This document shows, piece after piece, positions 18,498-28,353 of a stretch of 64,000 nucleotides of DNA (the stretch's first letter is position 1; every line of letters starts with the position of its first letter). Made by a program: the position numbers and the translations under genes. Source of the stretch: Chloroflexota bacterium (GTDB taxonomy: Archaea; Iainarchaeota; Iainarchaeia; Iainarchaeales; GCA-2688035); the NCBI GenBank assembly GCA_017610335.1, contig JAFCCG010000001.1, positions 13,869 to 77,868 of the forward strand, written 5' to 3'. Under the pieces are notes generated by a model. That model saw nothing but the letters and a program-made list of their open reading frames with translations. It was not told where the DNA came from and did not search any database.

Positions 18498-19306
18498 CTG
18501 AAAAGCCAACAATGACAACAATCAAAAAAATCGTGCAGGAAACTCCTAGCATTAAAACATACTATCTTGACTTTGCAATAGATGCAAAACCAGGGCAGTT
18601 TGCAATGGCATGGCTTCCAGGCCTTGATGAAAAGCCATTCACACTAACAGCAGCAGGAAAAGAATGTGCAATTACAGTGCAATGCAAGGGAAAGTTTACA
18701 GAAGCAATGTTCAGGCTAAAGGAAGGGAACAAAATTGGAATTCGCGGGTCTTACGGAAACGGCTTCTCGTTTGACAAAATTAAGAAAGCATGCATTGTTG
18801 CAGGAGGATGCGGAGCAGCGCCCATTCTATTGCTTGCGGAAGAAATGAAAGCAAAAGGAATTGAAACACCAATTATTTTAGGGGCAAAAACAAGCAATGA
18901 ATGCCTTTTCAAGGAAAGACTTGAAAAAACCACAAAAGAATTATACATAACAACTGATGATGGCTCTTTGGGAGAAAAAGGATATGCTACAAATGCACTG
19001 GAAAAACTTATTGCAAAAGAAAAATTTGACGGTGTTTTCGGCTGCGGCCCGGAGCCAATGATGAAAGCCGTTTTTGAAATCTGTAAAAAGGCCGGTGTTG
19101 AATGCCAGCTTAATTTGGAAAGATATATGAGATGCGGGTTTGGAGTATGCGGAGCATGTGCTTTGGGCAAATGGCTTGTTTGCAAGGACGGGCCGGTGTT
19201 TTCAGAAAAACAGCTTAAGGAAACCAAAGAATTTGGCAAAAGGGCAATGCTTAAGTCAGGAAAAAGTGTTTCAACAAAAGAGTTTGCGGAGTGGAGGCAG
19301 GAATGA
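18494..19306 (+). CDS. pyrK: Dihydroorotate dehydrogenase electron-transfer subunit
   Basis: FAD/NAD-binding fold plus C-terminal 2Fe-2S motif CGFGVCGACALGKWLVC. Confidence 0.8.
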   Translation: MTEKPTMTTIKKIVQETPSIKTYYLDFAIDAKPGQFAMAWLPGLDEKPFTLTAAGKECAITVQCKGKFTEAMFRLKEGNKIGIRGSYGNGFSFDKIKKACIVAGGCGAAPILLLAEEMKAKGIETPIILGAKTSNECLFKERLEKTTKELYITTDDGSLGEKGYATNALEKLIAKEKFDGVFGCGPEPMMKAVFEICKKAGVECQLNLERYMRCGFGVCGACALGKWLVCKDGPVFSEKQLKETKEFGKRAMLKSGKSVSTKEFAEWRQE

Positions 19307-19953
19307 AGCGAAAAAACCAAAAAGTTGTTTTGAAAGGAGGAAAAAGAGACTTTATAGCAGACAAGGTTAGAAAGTCTAATACTGTGAAAAGCATTCTCGG
19401 CCTTAAGCTGGCGCCTATTCAAGGCAAGCAAAATTTTGATGTTAAAAAAGCCAGAGCAAAAGCCAGTGGAAGCCATGGCACGGCTTATAATTTACACGTA
19501 TTCAAAGGCAAGCGTAAGATAAAGCTCGTTGTAAAAGAATACCATAAGTCATTTTTAGCAGATTTTTCTGCAGGAAGCACTCAAAGCAGCATTGCAATTA
19601 AAGAATTTGAAATATTTCAAAAACTGAGAAGGAAAGGATACCGGGTTCCGCCAACCACAAGGCTTGTTGAAGTAAATGACCAAAAATATGTTGCATTAAC
19701 TGATTTGAGAAAGATTGGAAATGTTTTAACAGACAGCAGATATCGCATTGGAAAGCTTGCAGGAGAAAAGGCTTTGGAGAAAGTAGACAAATATGTTGAA
19801 AAGGAAAACAAAAAGGCATTGGAAGAGGGCATTGACCTAATAGATGCATGGGAGTATGTTTATAACCGCAAAACAAAAAAAGTAAAAGTATTTATTCTTG
19901 ATTTAGGGCTTGCCTTAGAAACAGTCCAAAGAGCCAAAAAGAAAAAGAATTGA
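19291..19953 (+). CDS. Hypothetical, possible small atypical kinase-like fold
   Basis: Gly-rich GSHGTAY loop followed by LVVKEY, and later ILDLG. Weak. Confidence 0.3.
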   Translation: MEAGMKRKNQKVVLKGGKRDFIADKVRKSNTVKSILGLKLAPIQGKQNFDVKKARAKASGSHGTAYNLHVFKGKRKIKLVVKEYHKSFLADFSAGSTQSSIAIKEFEIFQKLRRKGYRVPPTTRLVEVNDQKYVALTDLRKIGNVLTDSRYRIGKLAGEKALEKVDKYVEKENKKALEEGIDLIDAWEYVYNRKTKKVKVFILDLGLALETVQRAKKKKN

Positions 19954-20242
19954 CTAAAATTTTATAGTGAAGGCAATGACAAAAGCGAAAGAAATTGAAG
20001 CAATTAAGAGGCGAATGATTGCCTGTGACCGAGCTGCAAAAACAGCTTGAAACAAAAAACAAGACAAAGGAAACCAAGGCCAAAAAATCCAAAAAGGAGA
20101 AAACTTTGAATAAAAAAAACAGAAAATAAGCAATGAACAAAAAAAAATTATGATTAAAAACAAATAAAAATAGAATGCTTTGACTAAAACTTTGCAATGT
20201 TTTAAAAGAATAATTGAAGAAATAATTTTAGGTGGGCTGTAG

Positions 20243-21262
20243 TTGCATCCGAGAAGACAAAAACTTTGGCAAGAAATTGGCGAGTGGCAGGAAGACTTTG
20301 AAGACCGCTTAATTAAGACTATTGGCAAAAGAAAACTTCCTAGCAAAAATATTGTAAGTATTGACGATTTAAGCACAGCCAATATGAAACTAATTTTTGA
20401 TTGTGCAAAACTCTTTAAAGAATTTATTATAAAGCCTGACAAAAAAATAAATCTATTGAAGGGAATGAGCCAAATTAACTTTTTCTTTGAAGAAAGTACC
20501 AGAACAAGAATTTCTTTTGAGCTTGCAGGCAAAAATTTGAGCGTTGACACAATTAATGTTTCAGCTTCCGGAAGCAGTATGCAAAAAAAGGGCGAAACAT
20601 TAAATGACACTGCAAGAACTTTAAATGCAATGCATGCCGATATGGTAATTTTAAGGCATGGCAAGGCAGGAAGCCCTCAAATGATTGCAGATAAAATAAA
20701 AGCACCTGTTATAAGTGGCGGAGACGGATGGCATGAGCATCCTACACAGGCATTGCTTGACCTTTATACAATGCTTGAAAAAAGAGGCCAGATTTCAGGA
20801 TTAAAAGTCACAATTGTCGGCGACATAAAACACAGCAGAGTAGCAGGCTCTTTGATTAGGGCATTGAACAAATTTGGAGTTGAACCAAGAATTGTTGGAC
20901 CTCCAACATTAATTCCATATGGTTTAGATAAAGTTTTCAAATGCAAAATTTACCATGACCTTGATGAAGCAGCCAAAGGGGTTGATGTAATTTATGCTTT
21001 AAGAATACAGCTTGAAAGAACTGCAGGCGGAGACATTCCAAGTGTTAGAGAATATAGCAAATGCTATTGCATAAATCATGAAAGGCTTGCACTTGCAAAG
21101 TTTGATGCAATAGTAATGCATGCAGGGCCAATTAACAGAGAAGTTGACCTAAAAACAGAAGTAATGGAGTCAGACAGAAGTGTTGTAGAAGACCAGGTTG
21201 AAAATGGCTATGCAGTAAGGCTTGCATTATTATACCTGCTAATGGGCGGTGAAAGAAGATGA
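20243..21262 (+). CDS. pyrB: Aspartate carbamoyltransferase catalytic chain
   Basis: STRTR, HPTQ and HxLP-type motifs present. N-terminus about 30 aa longer than usual, so the true start may lie downstream. Confidence 0.9.
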   Translation: MHPRRQKLWQEIGEWQEDFEDRLIKTIGKRKLPSKNIVSIDDLSTANMKLIFDCAKLFKEFIIKPDKKINLLKGMSQINFFFEESTRTRISFELAGKNLSVDTINVSASGSSMQKKGETLNDTARTLNAMHADMVILRHGKAGSPQMIADKIKAPVISGGDGWHEHPTQALLDLYTMLEKRGQISGLKVTIVGDIKHSRVAGSLIRALNKFGVEPRIVGPPTLIPYGLDKVFKCKIYHDLDEAAKGVDVIYALRIQLERTAGGDIPSVREYSKCYCINHERLALAKFDAIVMHAGPINREVDLKTEVMESDRSVVEDQVENGYAVRLALLYLLMGGERR

Positions 21263-22548
21263 CATCAATCTTAATCAAAAATGGAAAAGTAATTGACCCT
21301 TTAAACAAAATAAATAAAAAAATGGATATTTTGGTAAAGAATGGAAAAATTGCAGCACTTGGAGCAAACATAAAAGAAAAAGCTGATGAAACAATTGATG
21401 CAAAAGGACTAATTGTATGCCCCGGCCTGATTGACATGCATGTTCATTTAAGAGAACCAGGAAGAGAAGATAAGGAAACACTTGCAACTGCAAGCAAGGC
21501 AGCAGCAAAAGGCGGTTTTACAACAATTGCAGGAATGCCAAACACAACACCTGATGCAGACAATCAAACAGTAATTGAATTTATTTTAAGCATGGCAAAA
21601 AAAGATTCAATAGTAAATATTTTGCCAATTGGAACAATTACAAAGGGAAGAAAAGGAAAAGAACTTGCTGAAATTGGAGAGCTTAAAAAAACAGGCGCTA
21701 TTGCAGTAAGCGACGACGGAAGCGATATTCAGGACGCAAATGTAATGAGAAAGGCATTGGAATACTGCACAATGTGGAACATGCCATTACTTTCACATTC
21801 AGAGGATACAAAACTTGCTGGCGAAGGAGTAATGCATGAAGGACTTGTTTCAACAGAACTTGGTTTGCCTGCAAAACCTGCTGCAGCAGAAGAAGTAATG
21901 GTTGCAAGAGAAATAATTCTAAGCGAACTTGCAGATGCACAAATTCACTTTTGCCATATTTCAACAAAAGGAAGCATTGACTTGATAAAACTTGCAAAAA
22001 AGAAAAAATTAAAAATTTCTGCAGAAACCTGTCCGCATTATTTTACACTAACAGATGAAAATGTTAAAGGTTATAATGCAAATGCAAAAGTTAATCCGCC
22101 TTTAAGAAGCAATGAACATATGAAAGCAGTTTTGGAAGGATTAAAGGACGGCACAATTGATGTTATTGCTTCAGATCATGCACCACATTTGCTTGTGGAA
22201 AAATTCAAAGAATTTGAATACTGTGAAAATGGAATAGTTGGACTTGAAACAATTCTGCCACTAGTATTAGACAAGCTTGTTCATGCAAACATTCTGTCTT
22301 TAGAAGATGCAATTGCAAAGCTTTCATGCAACCCGGCAAAAATTCTTGGAATTGACAAGGGAACTTTGGGAAAAGGAAAGGATGCAGACATTACAATCAT
22401 TGATTTGGAAGCAAAAGAAACCGTTGACCCGGAAAAATTTGAAAGCAAGGGAAGGAACACGCCTTTTGCCGGAATGAAGTTAAAAGGAAAAGCCCTTTAT
22501 ACGATTGTTTCCGGAAAAGTTGTAATGCGGCAGGGAAAACTTGAGTGA
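21259..22548 (+). CDS. pyrC: Dihydroorotase
   Basis: GLIDMHVHLREPG metal-binding motif. ATGA overlap with the pyrB stop. Confidence 0.9.
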   Translation: MTSILIKNGKVIDPLNKINKKMDILVKNGKIAALGANIKEKADETIDAKGLIVCPGLIDMHVHLREPGREDKETLATASKAAAKGGFTTIAGMPNTTPDADNQTVIEFILSMAKKDSIVNILPIGTITKGRKGKELAEIGELKKTGAIAVSDDGSDIQDANVMRKALEYCTMWNMPLLSHSEDTKLAGEGVMHEGLVSTELGLPAKPAAAEEVMVAREIILSELADAQIHFCHISTKGSIDLIKLAKKKKLKISAETCPHYFTLTDENVKGYNANAKVNPPLRSNEHMKAVLEGLKDGTIDVIASDHAPHLLVEKFKEFEYCENGIVGLETILPLVLDKLVHANILSLEDAIAKLSCNPAKILGIDKGTLGKGKDADITIIDLEAKETVDPEKFESKGRNTPFAGMKLKGKALYTIVSGKVVMRQGKLE

Positions 22549-22568
22549 TAGAAAACAGGTTATAAATT

Positions 22569-22952
22569 ATGAGAATTCACTACAAAAAAAAGAGACCTGG
22601 TTCAACTCCTGAAAAGCAAAAAAGGCAAATGACCAAAAATAAAAGAAAACGGAAAAAACAGGAACAAGAGAAAGGAAAACCCAAAAACGAGTTTATAATG
22701 TTGAAGAAATCTGACAGCGGATGGTTTCCAATAATTACTGCAAAAGTCTCAAGGGATCTGTGTAGTTTAAAAGATACATCCTTTGGAATACACCCCTACA
22801 AAGTGGACAGAGGGAACTCAAGCAAAAACTGCATTTATTTCGATGTTTCACTAGACCCTAAAGCAAAAGGTGCAAGAAGGAATTACAATGAAAGATTTGC
22901 TTATTACCCAAAAGAAAAGAGACTCGACAGGGTAACTACAAAAATTTTTTAA
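22569..22952 (+). CDS. Hypothetical basic protein
   Basis: N-terminal KR-rich stretch, no family recognised. Confidence 0.3.
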   Translation: MRIHYKKKRPGSTPEKQKRQMTKNKRKRKKQEQEKGKPKNEFIMLKKSDSGWFPIITAKVSRDLCSLKDTSFGIHPYKVDRGNSSKNCIYFDVSLDPKAKGARRNYNERFAYYPKEKRLDRVTTKIF

Positions 22953-23173
22953 GAGGGTTTTATGGGAGGCGGAAGAACCAGAAAAACAGGCAGTACCCTT
23001 GCAAAAAAAAATGAGGCAACAGGCCAAAAAGCGGAAGAGACAGGCAAACAGAAAAAAGGAAAAGGGAAAGTCTCATGGGTTAATGAGTAAAGCCAAAGTA
23101 CCATTAAAAAGAAAAGCTTTTATTGAAAGGAAAAGAGAATTATATCAATTGAATTTTTTGGAGGGAAAAAAAA

Positions 23174-23392
23174 ATGGCAGGACCTAGAAGAAAAAGAACT
23201 GTAAACAAAAAATCGCTTGGATCTGAAGGAAAAAGAGTGCGACAGCAAATTATTGACGGACATAATAAGGAAATAGAAAAGCTGAAAATTAAATTGGAAA
23301 AGACAGAAGACCCAACTCAAAAGCAATTTTTGCAAAGGCAGATTAGAAAAGAAGTTATAGCAATAACAAGATTTAAACAACAAACAAAGTAA
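23174..23392 (+). CDS. Hypothetical small basic protein
   Basis: 72 aa, KR-rich. Confidence 0.25.
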   Translation: MAGPRRKRTVNKKSLGSEGKRVRQQIIDGHNKEIEKLKIKLEKTEDPTQKQFLQRQIRKEVIAITRFKQQTK

Positions 23393-23403
23393 AGGTAATA
23401 GTT

Positions 23404-24033
23404 TTGAATTCAAAAAAAGAGATATGCAATAAGCTGTTTGACATTGGAGCGGTCAAATTTGGCTGCTTTACTTTAAAGAGCGGGCTACTCAGCCCAATTT
23501 ATATCGACCTTAGGATTTTGATTTCTTATCCTAACGCATTGAAAATAATCGCATCAAAACTTGTTGAAATTGCAAAGCCACTGCAGTTTGATTTGATTGC
23601 AGGAATTCCCTATGCAGCAATTGCAATCGCAACAGCGGTTTCACTTGAATCAGGCTGGCCGATGATTTATCCAAGAATGACGACAAAAAGCCATGGAACA
23701 AAAAAAGCAGTTGAAGGCAAATTCAAAGAAGGACAAACTGTTTTAGCAATAGATGATTTGATTACTAAGGGCACAAGCATGCTTGAAGCAGCTGTTTTAT
23801 TAGAAGAAGCAGGTCTTAAAGTAAAAGACCTTGTTGTATTAGTTGACAGAGAACAAGGTGGACCGGAAATTTTAAAAGAAAAAGGATACAAACTACATGC
23901 AGTTTTGAAAATTAGCGAAATGCTTGATTTATTACTTGAAAGCGAAAAAATTTCACAAAAACAATTTGATTCAATAAAAAAATATTTTGCAGACCCTGAA
24001 GAGTGGAGCAAAAAAAATACTTTAAATGCCTAA
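23404..24033 (+). CDS. pyrE: Orotate phosphoribosyltransferase
   Basis: PRPP motif VLAIDDLITKGTS. TTG start. Confidence 0.85.
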   Translation: MNSKKEICNKLFDIGAVKFGCFTLKSGLLSPIYIDLRILISYPNALKIIASKLVEIAKPLQFDLIAGIPYAAIAIATAVSLESGWPMIYPRMTTKSHGTKKAVEGKFKEGQTVLAIDDLITKGTSMLEAAVLLEEAGLKVKDLVVLVDREQGGPEILKEKGYKLHAVLKISEMLDLLLESEKISQKQFDSIKKYFADPEEWSKKNTLNA

Positions 24034-24050
24034 AAGGATGCTGATTGAGC

Positions 24051-24599
24051 ATGAAGCTAAAAATTGGAGTAATGGGTGGAGCATGAGGCCAGCACTCTAA
24101 AGAACTACTTGAAAAGGCAACAGCTGTTGGAAAAACAATTGCTGAAAACAAAGCAATTTTCTTCTTTGGTGCAACAATCGGTTTACCCCTTGCTGCTGCT
24201 AAAGGAGCAAAAGAAGCAGACGGCACTGTTATAGGAGTAAGCCCTGCTTTAAACGAAAAAGAACACTTGGAAAAATACCAGTACCCAATGGACGCTTGTT
24301 CAACCATAATTTATACAGGAATGGGTCTTGCAGGCGGAAGAAATACAATCCTTGTCAGAAGCTGCAATGCTATTATTGTAATTGGCGGCAGGATTGGAAC
24401 AATGAACGAGTTTTCAGTAGCCTATGCTGCAGAAATTCCAATAGGATTGCTTAAGGGCAGTGGCGGAATGGCTGACAAGATTGAAGAGCTTGAAAGGGAT
24501 GTTATGAAAGGAGAATATCCAACTCCAATAATTTTAGAAACAGATCCAAAAAAACTTGTTGAAAAAATGCTGGAATTGCTAAAACAAGAAAAGCATTAA
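24051..24599 (+). pseudogene. TIGR00725/LOG-family Rossmann-fold protein interrupted by an in-frame TGA at 24084-24086
   Basis: MKLKIGVMGGA-TGA-GQHSKELLEKATAVGKTIAENKAIFFFGATIGLPLAAAKGAKEADGTVIGVSP... The family N-terminus (IGVxGGS) is split from the body by a stop exactly where Ser is expected (TGA versus TCA). The track ORF 24267-24599 is the in-frame continuation. Confidence 0.5.
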
Positions 24600-24653
24600 A
24601 TTACGACTTGCCATGAAAGCATTAAATACTGGCTTTGCCTATTCTTTACTGAT

Positions 24654-26192
24654 TTGTTTATGACAAAAAAAGAAAGTGCCTATAGTCAAATAATGGTAGT
24701 GAGACCTTTTGACATTGAAGCTCAACGAATGATTTGTGTAATGAACCATGCGGATGTAATGGAATTAGGAATTTTTCCGCTTGACAGGGTTGAAATAAAA
24801 GTTGTTGAAAGCAAGAAGCGAATAGTTACAGTTGTTGATGTAACCAAAACAATGGTAAAGCCAAACGAAATAGGGGTCTTCAACGATGTGAAAGAAGAAC
24901 TGTCACTAAAAAAGGGAAGCAGAGTAAAAATTACACCAGTCCCAAAGCCTGTTTCACTTGAATACATTAAAAAAAAGCTTAATGGAGAAGAATTGAAAGA
25001 AAACGAAATTAAAGAAATTGTCAGCGACATAAGTAAAAATGCTTTAAGTGAAATTGAAACAAGTGCTTTTGTAAGCGCGGTATTTATGCAAGGATATACG
25101 TTGGATGAAACAGTTGCTATGACAAAAGCATTGGCTGAAAATGGCAAGGAAATAAAAATTTCAAAAAAGCCGGTTGTTGACAAGCATTGTATTGGTGGAA
25201 CAAATGGTCGTACCACAATGATTATTATTCCAATTGTTGCCTCGGCAGGATGTTTTGTTCCAAAAACAAGCAGCAGAAGCATTACCAGTGCCGCAGGAAC
25301 AGCGGACGTAATGGAAGTGCTTGCAAATGTTTCGCTTTCAATAAGCCAGATAAAAAACATTACTGAAAGAATTGGTGCAGTAATTGCATGGGGTGGTGCA
25401 CTGGACCTTGCACCGGTTGATGATGAAATAATCAAAATAGAACATCCTTTTTCTCTTGATCCGCCTGGTCAGGTTATTGCTTCAGTAATGGCAAAAAAGG
25501 CAAGTGTTGGAAGCAAGTTTGTGGTAATTGATTTACCAGTCGGACCAGATGTAAAAATCCACACAAAAGAAAAAGCAGAGGACATGGCAAGAAAATTTAT
25601 TGCTGTTGGAAAGCACCTTGGAATGGAAGTTCAGGCTGTTTTAACTGATGGAACACACCCATGCGGAAGGGTTTTTGGACCAATGCTTGAAGCAAAACAC
25701 GTGATGCAGATTTTGGAAGGAGAATTTTTTGACGACCTTGCTCAAAAAAGCTGCGAACTTGCAGGACTTCTATTGGAATTATGCGGCAAAGCAAAAAAAG
25801 GCAAAGGTTATACTATTGCAAAAGAGATTCTTGAAAGCGGAAAGGCATTGAAAAAAATGCAGCAGATAATAAAAGCACAGGGCGGACAGTACATTAAAAG
25901 CAGCAAAATGCCAAAGCTAAAGCTTGGCAAAGATGTACTTGCAAAAGAATCCGGAACAATTGACAAAATTAATGTAAGAAAATGCAATACTGTTGCAAGG
26001 ATTGCAGGTTCTCCGGCTGACAAAGAAGCTGGGTTATATCTTTATGTTGAAGAAAGTAATATTGTTAAAAAAAATCAGCCTTTGTTTAAAATATTCAGCA
26101 AAAACAAAAGAAAACTTAAGCTTGCATTGAACTATGCAAAAAAGAACGAAATTGTTGAACTTGAACACAATATAATCAAAACAATGCGTTGA
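24654..26192 (+). CDS. deoA: AMP phosphorylase (thymidine phosphorylase family, archaeal DeoA type)
   Basis: IIPIVASAGCFVPKTSSRSITSAAGTADVMEVLANV and GGALDLAPVDDE. Length 512 aa with N-terminal extension as in archaeal AMPpase. Confidence 0.8.
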   Translation: MFMTKKESAYSQIMVVRPFDIEAQRMICVMNHADVMELGIFPLDRVEIKVVESKKRIVTVVDVTKTMVKPNEIGVFNDVKEELSLKKGSRVKITPVPKPVSLEYIKKKLNGEELKENEIKEIVSDISKNALSEIETSAFVSAVFMQGYTLDETVAMTKALAENGKEIKISKKPVVDKHCIGGTNGRTTMIIIPIVASAGCFVPKTSSRSITSAAGTADVMEVLANVSLSISQIKNITERIGAVIAWGGALDLAPVDDEIIKIEHPFSLDPPGQVIASVMAKKASVGSKFVVIDLPVGPDVKIHTKEKAEDMARKFIAVGKHLGMEVQAVLTDGTHPCGRVFGPMLEAKHVMQILEGEFFDDLAQKSCELAGLLLELCGKAKKGKGYTIAKEILESGKALKKMQQIIKAQGGQYIKSSKMPKLKLGKDVLAKESGTIDKINVRKCNTVARIAGSPADKEAGLYLYVEESNIVKKNQPLFKIFSKNKRKLKLALNYAKKNEIVELEHNIIKTMR

Positions 26193-26210
26193 TAGTGTAA
26201 CACAAAATCA

Positions 26211-26995
26211 TTAGGTTATTTCGTTAAATGTTTCTACAAAACATTCAACTGGCAACAAGTCAACTTTTTCTTCAGCCATTTCAATAGAAGAAACTCTTTT
26301 ATCAAACTCTTTCGAACTGATACTAAGAACGGGCAACAAAAATTGTTTACTTTTATTTAAAGCATTTGAAAGATTTTTGTTTCTAAACCTGAAAAGAGTT
26401 TTTACAAAAAAGACAAAGTTTTTTTTGTCTTTGACTTTTTGAATTTCTTTACATCGTTCAAACACAATAATTGCACTTTCACCTTTTGGCTTTGGAAAAA
26501 ACGAACCTGCTGAGACAGTTTGTATAATTTCTGAATCAAAATAGTATTGAGTTAGTACACTCAAAGCGCAATATTCTTCAAAGCCAGGAAATGCAACGAG
26601 CTTTTCTGCAAATTCTTTTTGAAAAACAAGAACGCCTAATTCAAATTGATTTTCCAAAAGCTTGTAAATTATAGCAGAACTTTGCGAGTATGGTGGAAGT
26701 TTAGAAAATCGCCGCATACAAGTGTGAGATTTTTTTGTGAAAGCTCTTCTTTAAGAACCGTACAAAGTTTTTCATCTTTTTCAACTGCGATAACTTTGCT
26801 TTTTTTCAAAAGAGCTCTTGTAAGAAAACCCGTTCCAGAACCAATTTCAAGCACCACGTCACTTGCTTTTAAGTCTGCAAGCTCAACAATTTTTTCAATC
26901 AGCTGTTCGTTTATTACAAAATTTTGAGAAAGTTTTCTATTTGCTCTAAACCTATGTTTTACCATCAGATTTTGCAATTCATTAAAAAGGCTCAT
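26211..26995 (-). pseudogene. ksgA: 16S rRNA dimethyladenosine transferase KsgA/Dim1, frameshifted
   Basis: N-part (26669-26995) has LSQNFVIN, LEIGSGTGFLT and GDFL. C-part (26211-26717, other frame) has KLPPYSQSSAII (NLPY motif). The frames overlap at 26669-26717 around a T4/T5 homopolymer. Confidence 0.65.
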
Positions 26996-27000
26996 AAAAT

Positions 27001-27570
27001 TTAGAATCGTTTGCCAAAAGTTGCTTCTTTTACAGGTGGTCTGGCAAAAATATAATGATTAAGTGCATCATCTTCTAATTCAAGCATTATTCGTTTCACA
27101 ATTGTTTTTGAAGGATCTGGCAAAAGATGTATCCTTGAAGCAAGATCTTCAAATGACTCAAATGGCTTTTTTTCTCTTTCTTTTAGAATATTAAACATGT
27201 GCTTTTTTCCCATTCCTGGCAAGAGCTCAAGCTGGTGTCTTCGCAGAGTAATTGAACGGGCATTGTTAAAAAAGTCAAGAAATCTTTTTTGGTCTTCGGC
27301 TACGATTTTTTCAACTGCCTTTTCAATTTCTGCAACTGCCGTGCTTGAAAGCTGGTCAAAATTTATTCTTCGTTTAATAAAATCAATTTTTGCTCTTTCA
27401 TCTTTACCTACATAAACAGTTTCCATTACTTTAAGATCTTCTTTTGGAACTACTTCAAGCAATGAAAAAAATTGTTTTCCCAAAATTTGTGCAATTGGTT
27501 CCGGCTTAAAGCTGTTTGGTTTTCCTTTTGGCATGTAATCCAAAACAAGTGCTTCTTCTTCGTTTGGCAT
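27001..27570 (-). CDS. DUF655/COG1491 predicted RNA-binding OB-fold protein
   Basis: N-terminus EEALVLDYMPKGKP. Conserved archaeal neighbour of ksgA and rpoF. Confidence 0.55.
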   Translation of the reverse strand: MPNEEEALVLDYMPKGKPNSFKPEPIAQILGKQFFSLLEVVPKEDLKVMETVYVGKDERAKIDFIKRRINFDQLSSTAVAEIEKAVEKIVAEDQKRFLDFFNNARSITLRRHQLELLPGMGKKHMFNILKEREKKPFESFEDLASRIHLLPDPSKTIVKRIMLELEDDALNHYIFARPPVKEATFGKRF

Positions 27571-27598
27571 AGTATATCACCGCTTTTGAAAAAAATAG

Positions 27599-27934
27599 TT
27601 ATTTCCTGTACTTTTTGCACAGAGAAAGTATTTTTTGCAAGTCAACCTCGTTTAACACAGTTTCCTTGATAATTAGAAGCTGTAGCTTTTCCTTTTTCTC
27701 CGGCAAAATGTCAATGATTTTTGTTACTGTTTCCGGATTAAGCCCTTCAATTTTTTCAAGATCTGTTTGCAACTTTTTGGCATTTATTAAACTAAGTTTT
27801 GAAAACTTTTTTGCAAATTTTAAAGTAATATCCTGTTCGTAGGTTAAATCTTTTTCTTTTTTTCTGTCAGCAAGCAATTGCTTTACTTCAGCCAAGTTAA
27901 CAGGTTTTTGGTTAATGAATTTTTCTCCAATCAT
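27599..27934 (-). CDS. rpoF: RNA polymerase subunit Rpo4/F
   Basis: 111 aa, Rpb4/RpoF-like. Conserved operon position L21e-rpoF-DUF655-ksgA. Confidence 0.55.
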   Translation of the reverse strand: MIGEKFINQKPVNLAEVKQLLADRKKEKDLTYEQDITLKFAKKFSKLSLINAKKLQTDLEKIEGLNPETVTKIIDILPEKKEKLQLLIIKETVLNEVDLQKILSLCKKYRK

Positions 27935-28230
27935 TTTGTTTTGCCTCCTTGCTCCTTCAAATGAATTCCGTGAACTATAAGAGTATTTTCAAGATTTCCT
28001 TTTTTAACCGAAACCTTGTAAGTACTACCCTGCTTTCCTTTTACAATACCAAAACTACCGTGGTAAATTGCAGCAGGCATTCCGCCGTGCATGTCCGACC
28101 TTATATTTACCTGTATCTTTGTGCCATCAACAAAAGGTTTTAAAATTTGATTAACAGAAGCTTTACCTGCCTTGTTTTTGAGCTTTGACCTTGTTTTGCC
28201 TCTTTTTCCACGTGCTTTTTTATTTACCAT
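27931..28230 (-). CDS. rpl21e: Ribosomal protein L21e
   Basis: RGKRGKTRSKL...DGTKIQVNIRSDMHGGMPAAIYHGSFG. Confidence 0.8.
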   Translation of the reverse strand: MVNKKARGKRGKTRSKLKNKAGKASVNQILKPFVDGTKIQVNIRSDMHGGMPAAIYHGSFGIVKGKQGSTYKVSVKKGNLENTLIVHGIHLKEQGGKTK

Positions 28231-28353
28231 AAAATCACCTTTTTTTAAACATGTAACTACTTAAATCAACTTAAGAGAACTAAAATAAAATAAGCAAAGA
28301 AAGCTTTAAATAGTATACTTTTGATATAATTTTGAATAAGGTGAACACAGTCT

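Noticed and set aside
19954-20664. 236-aa minus-strand ORF overlapping the pyrB 5' region
   Set aside because: Low-complexity hydrophobic product, antisense to pyrB and to an A-rich spacer. No family features.
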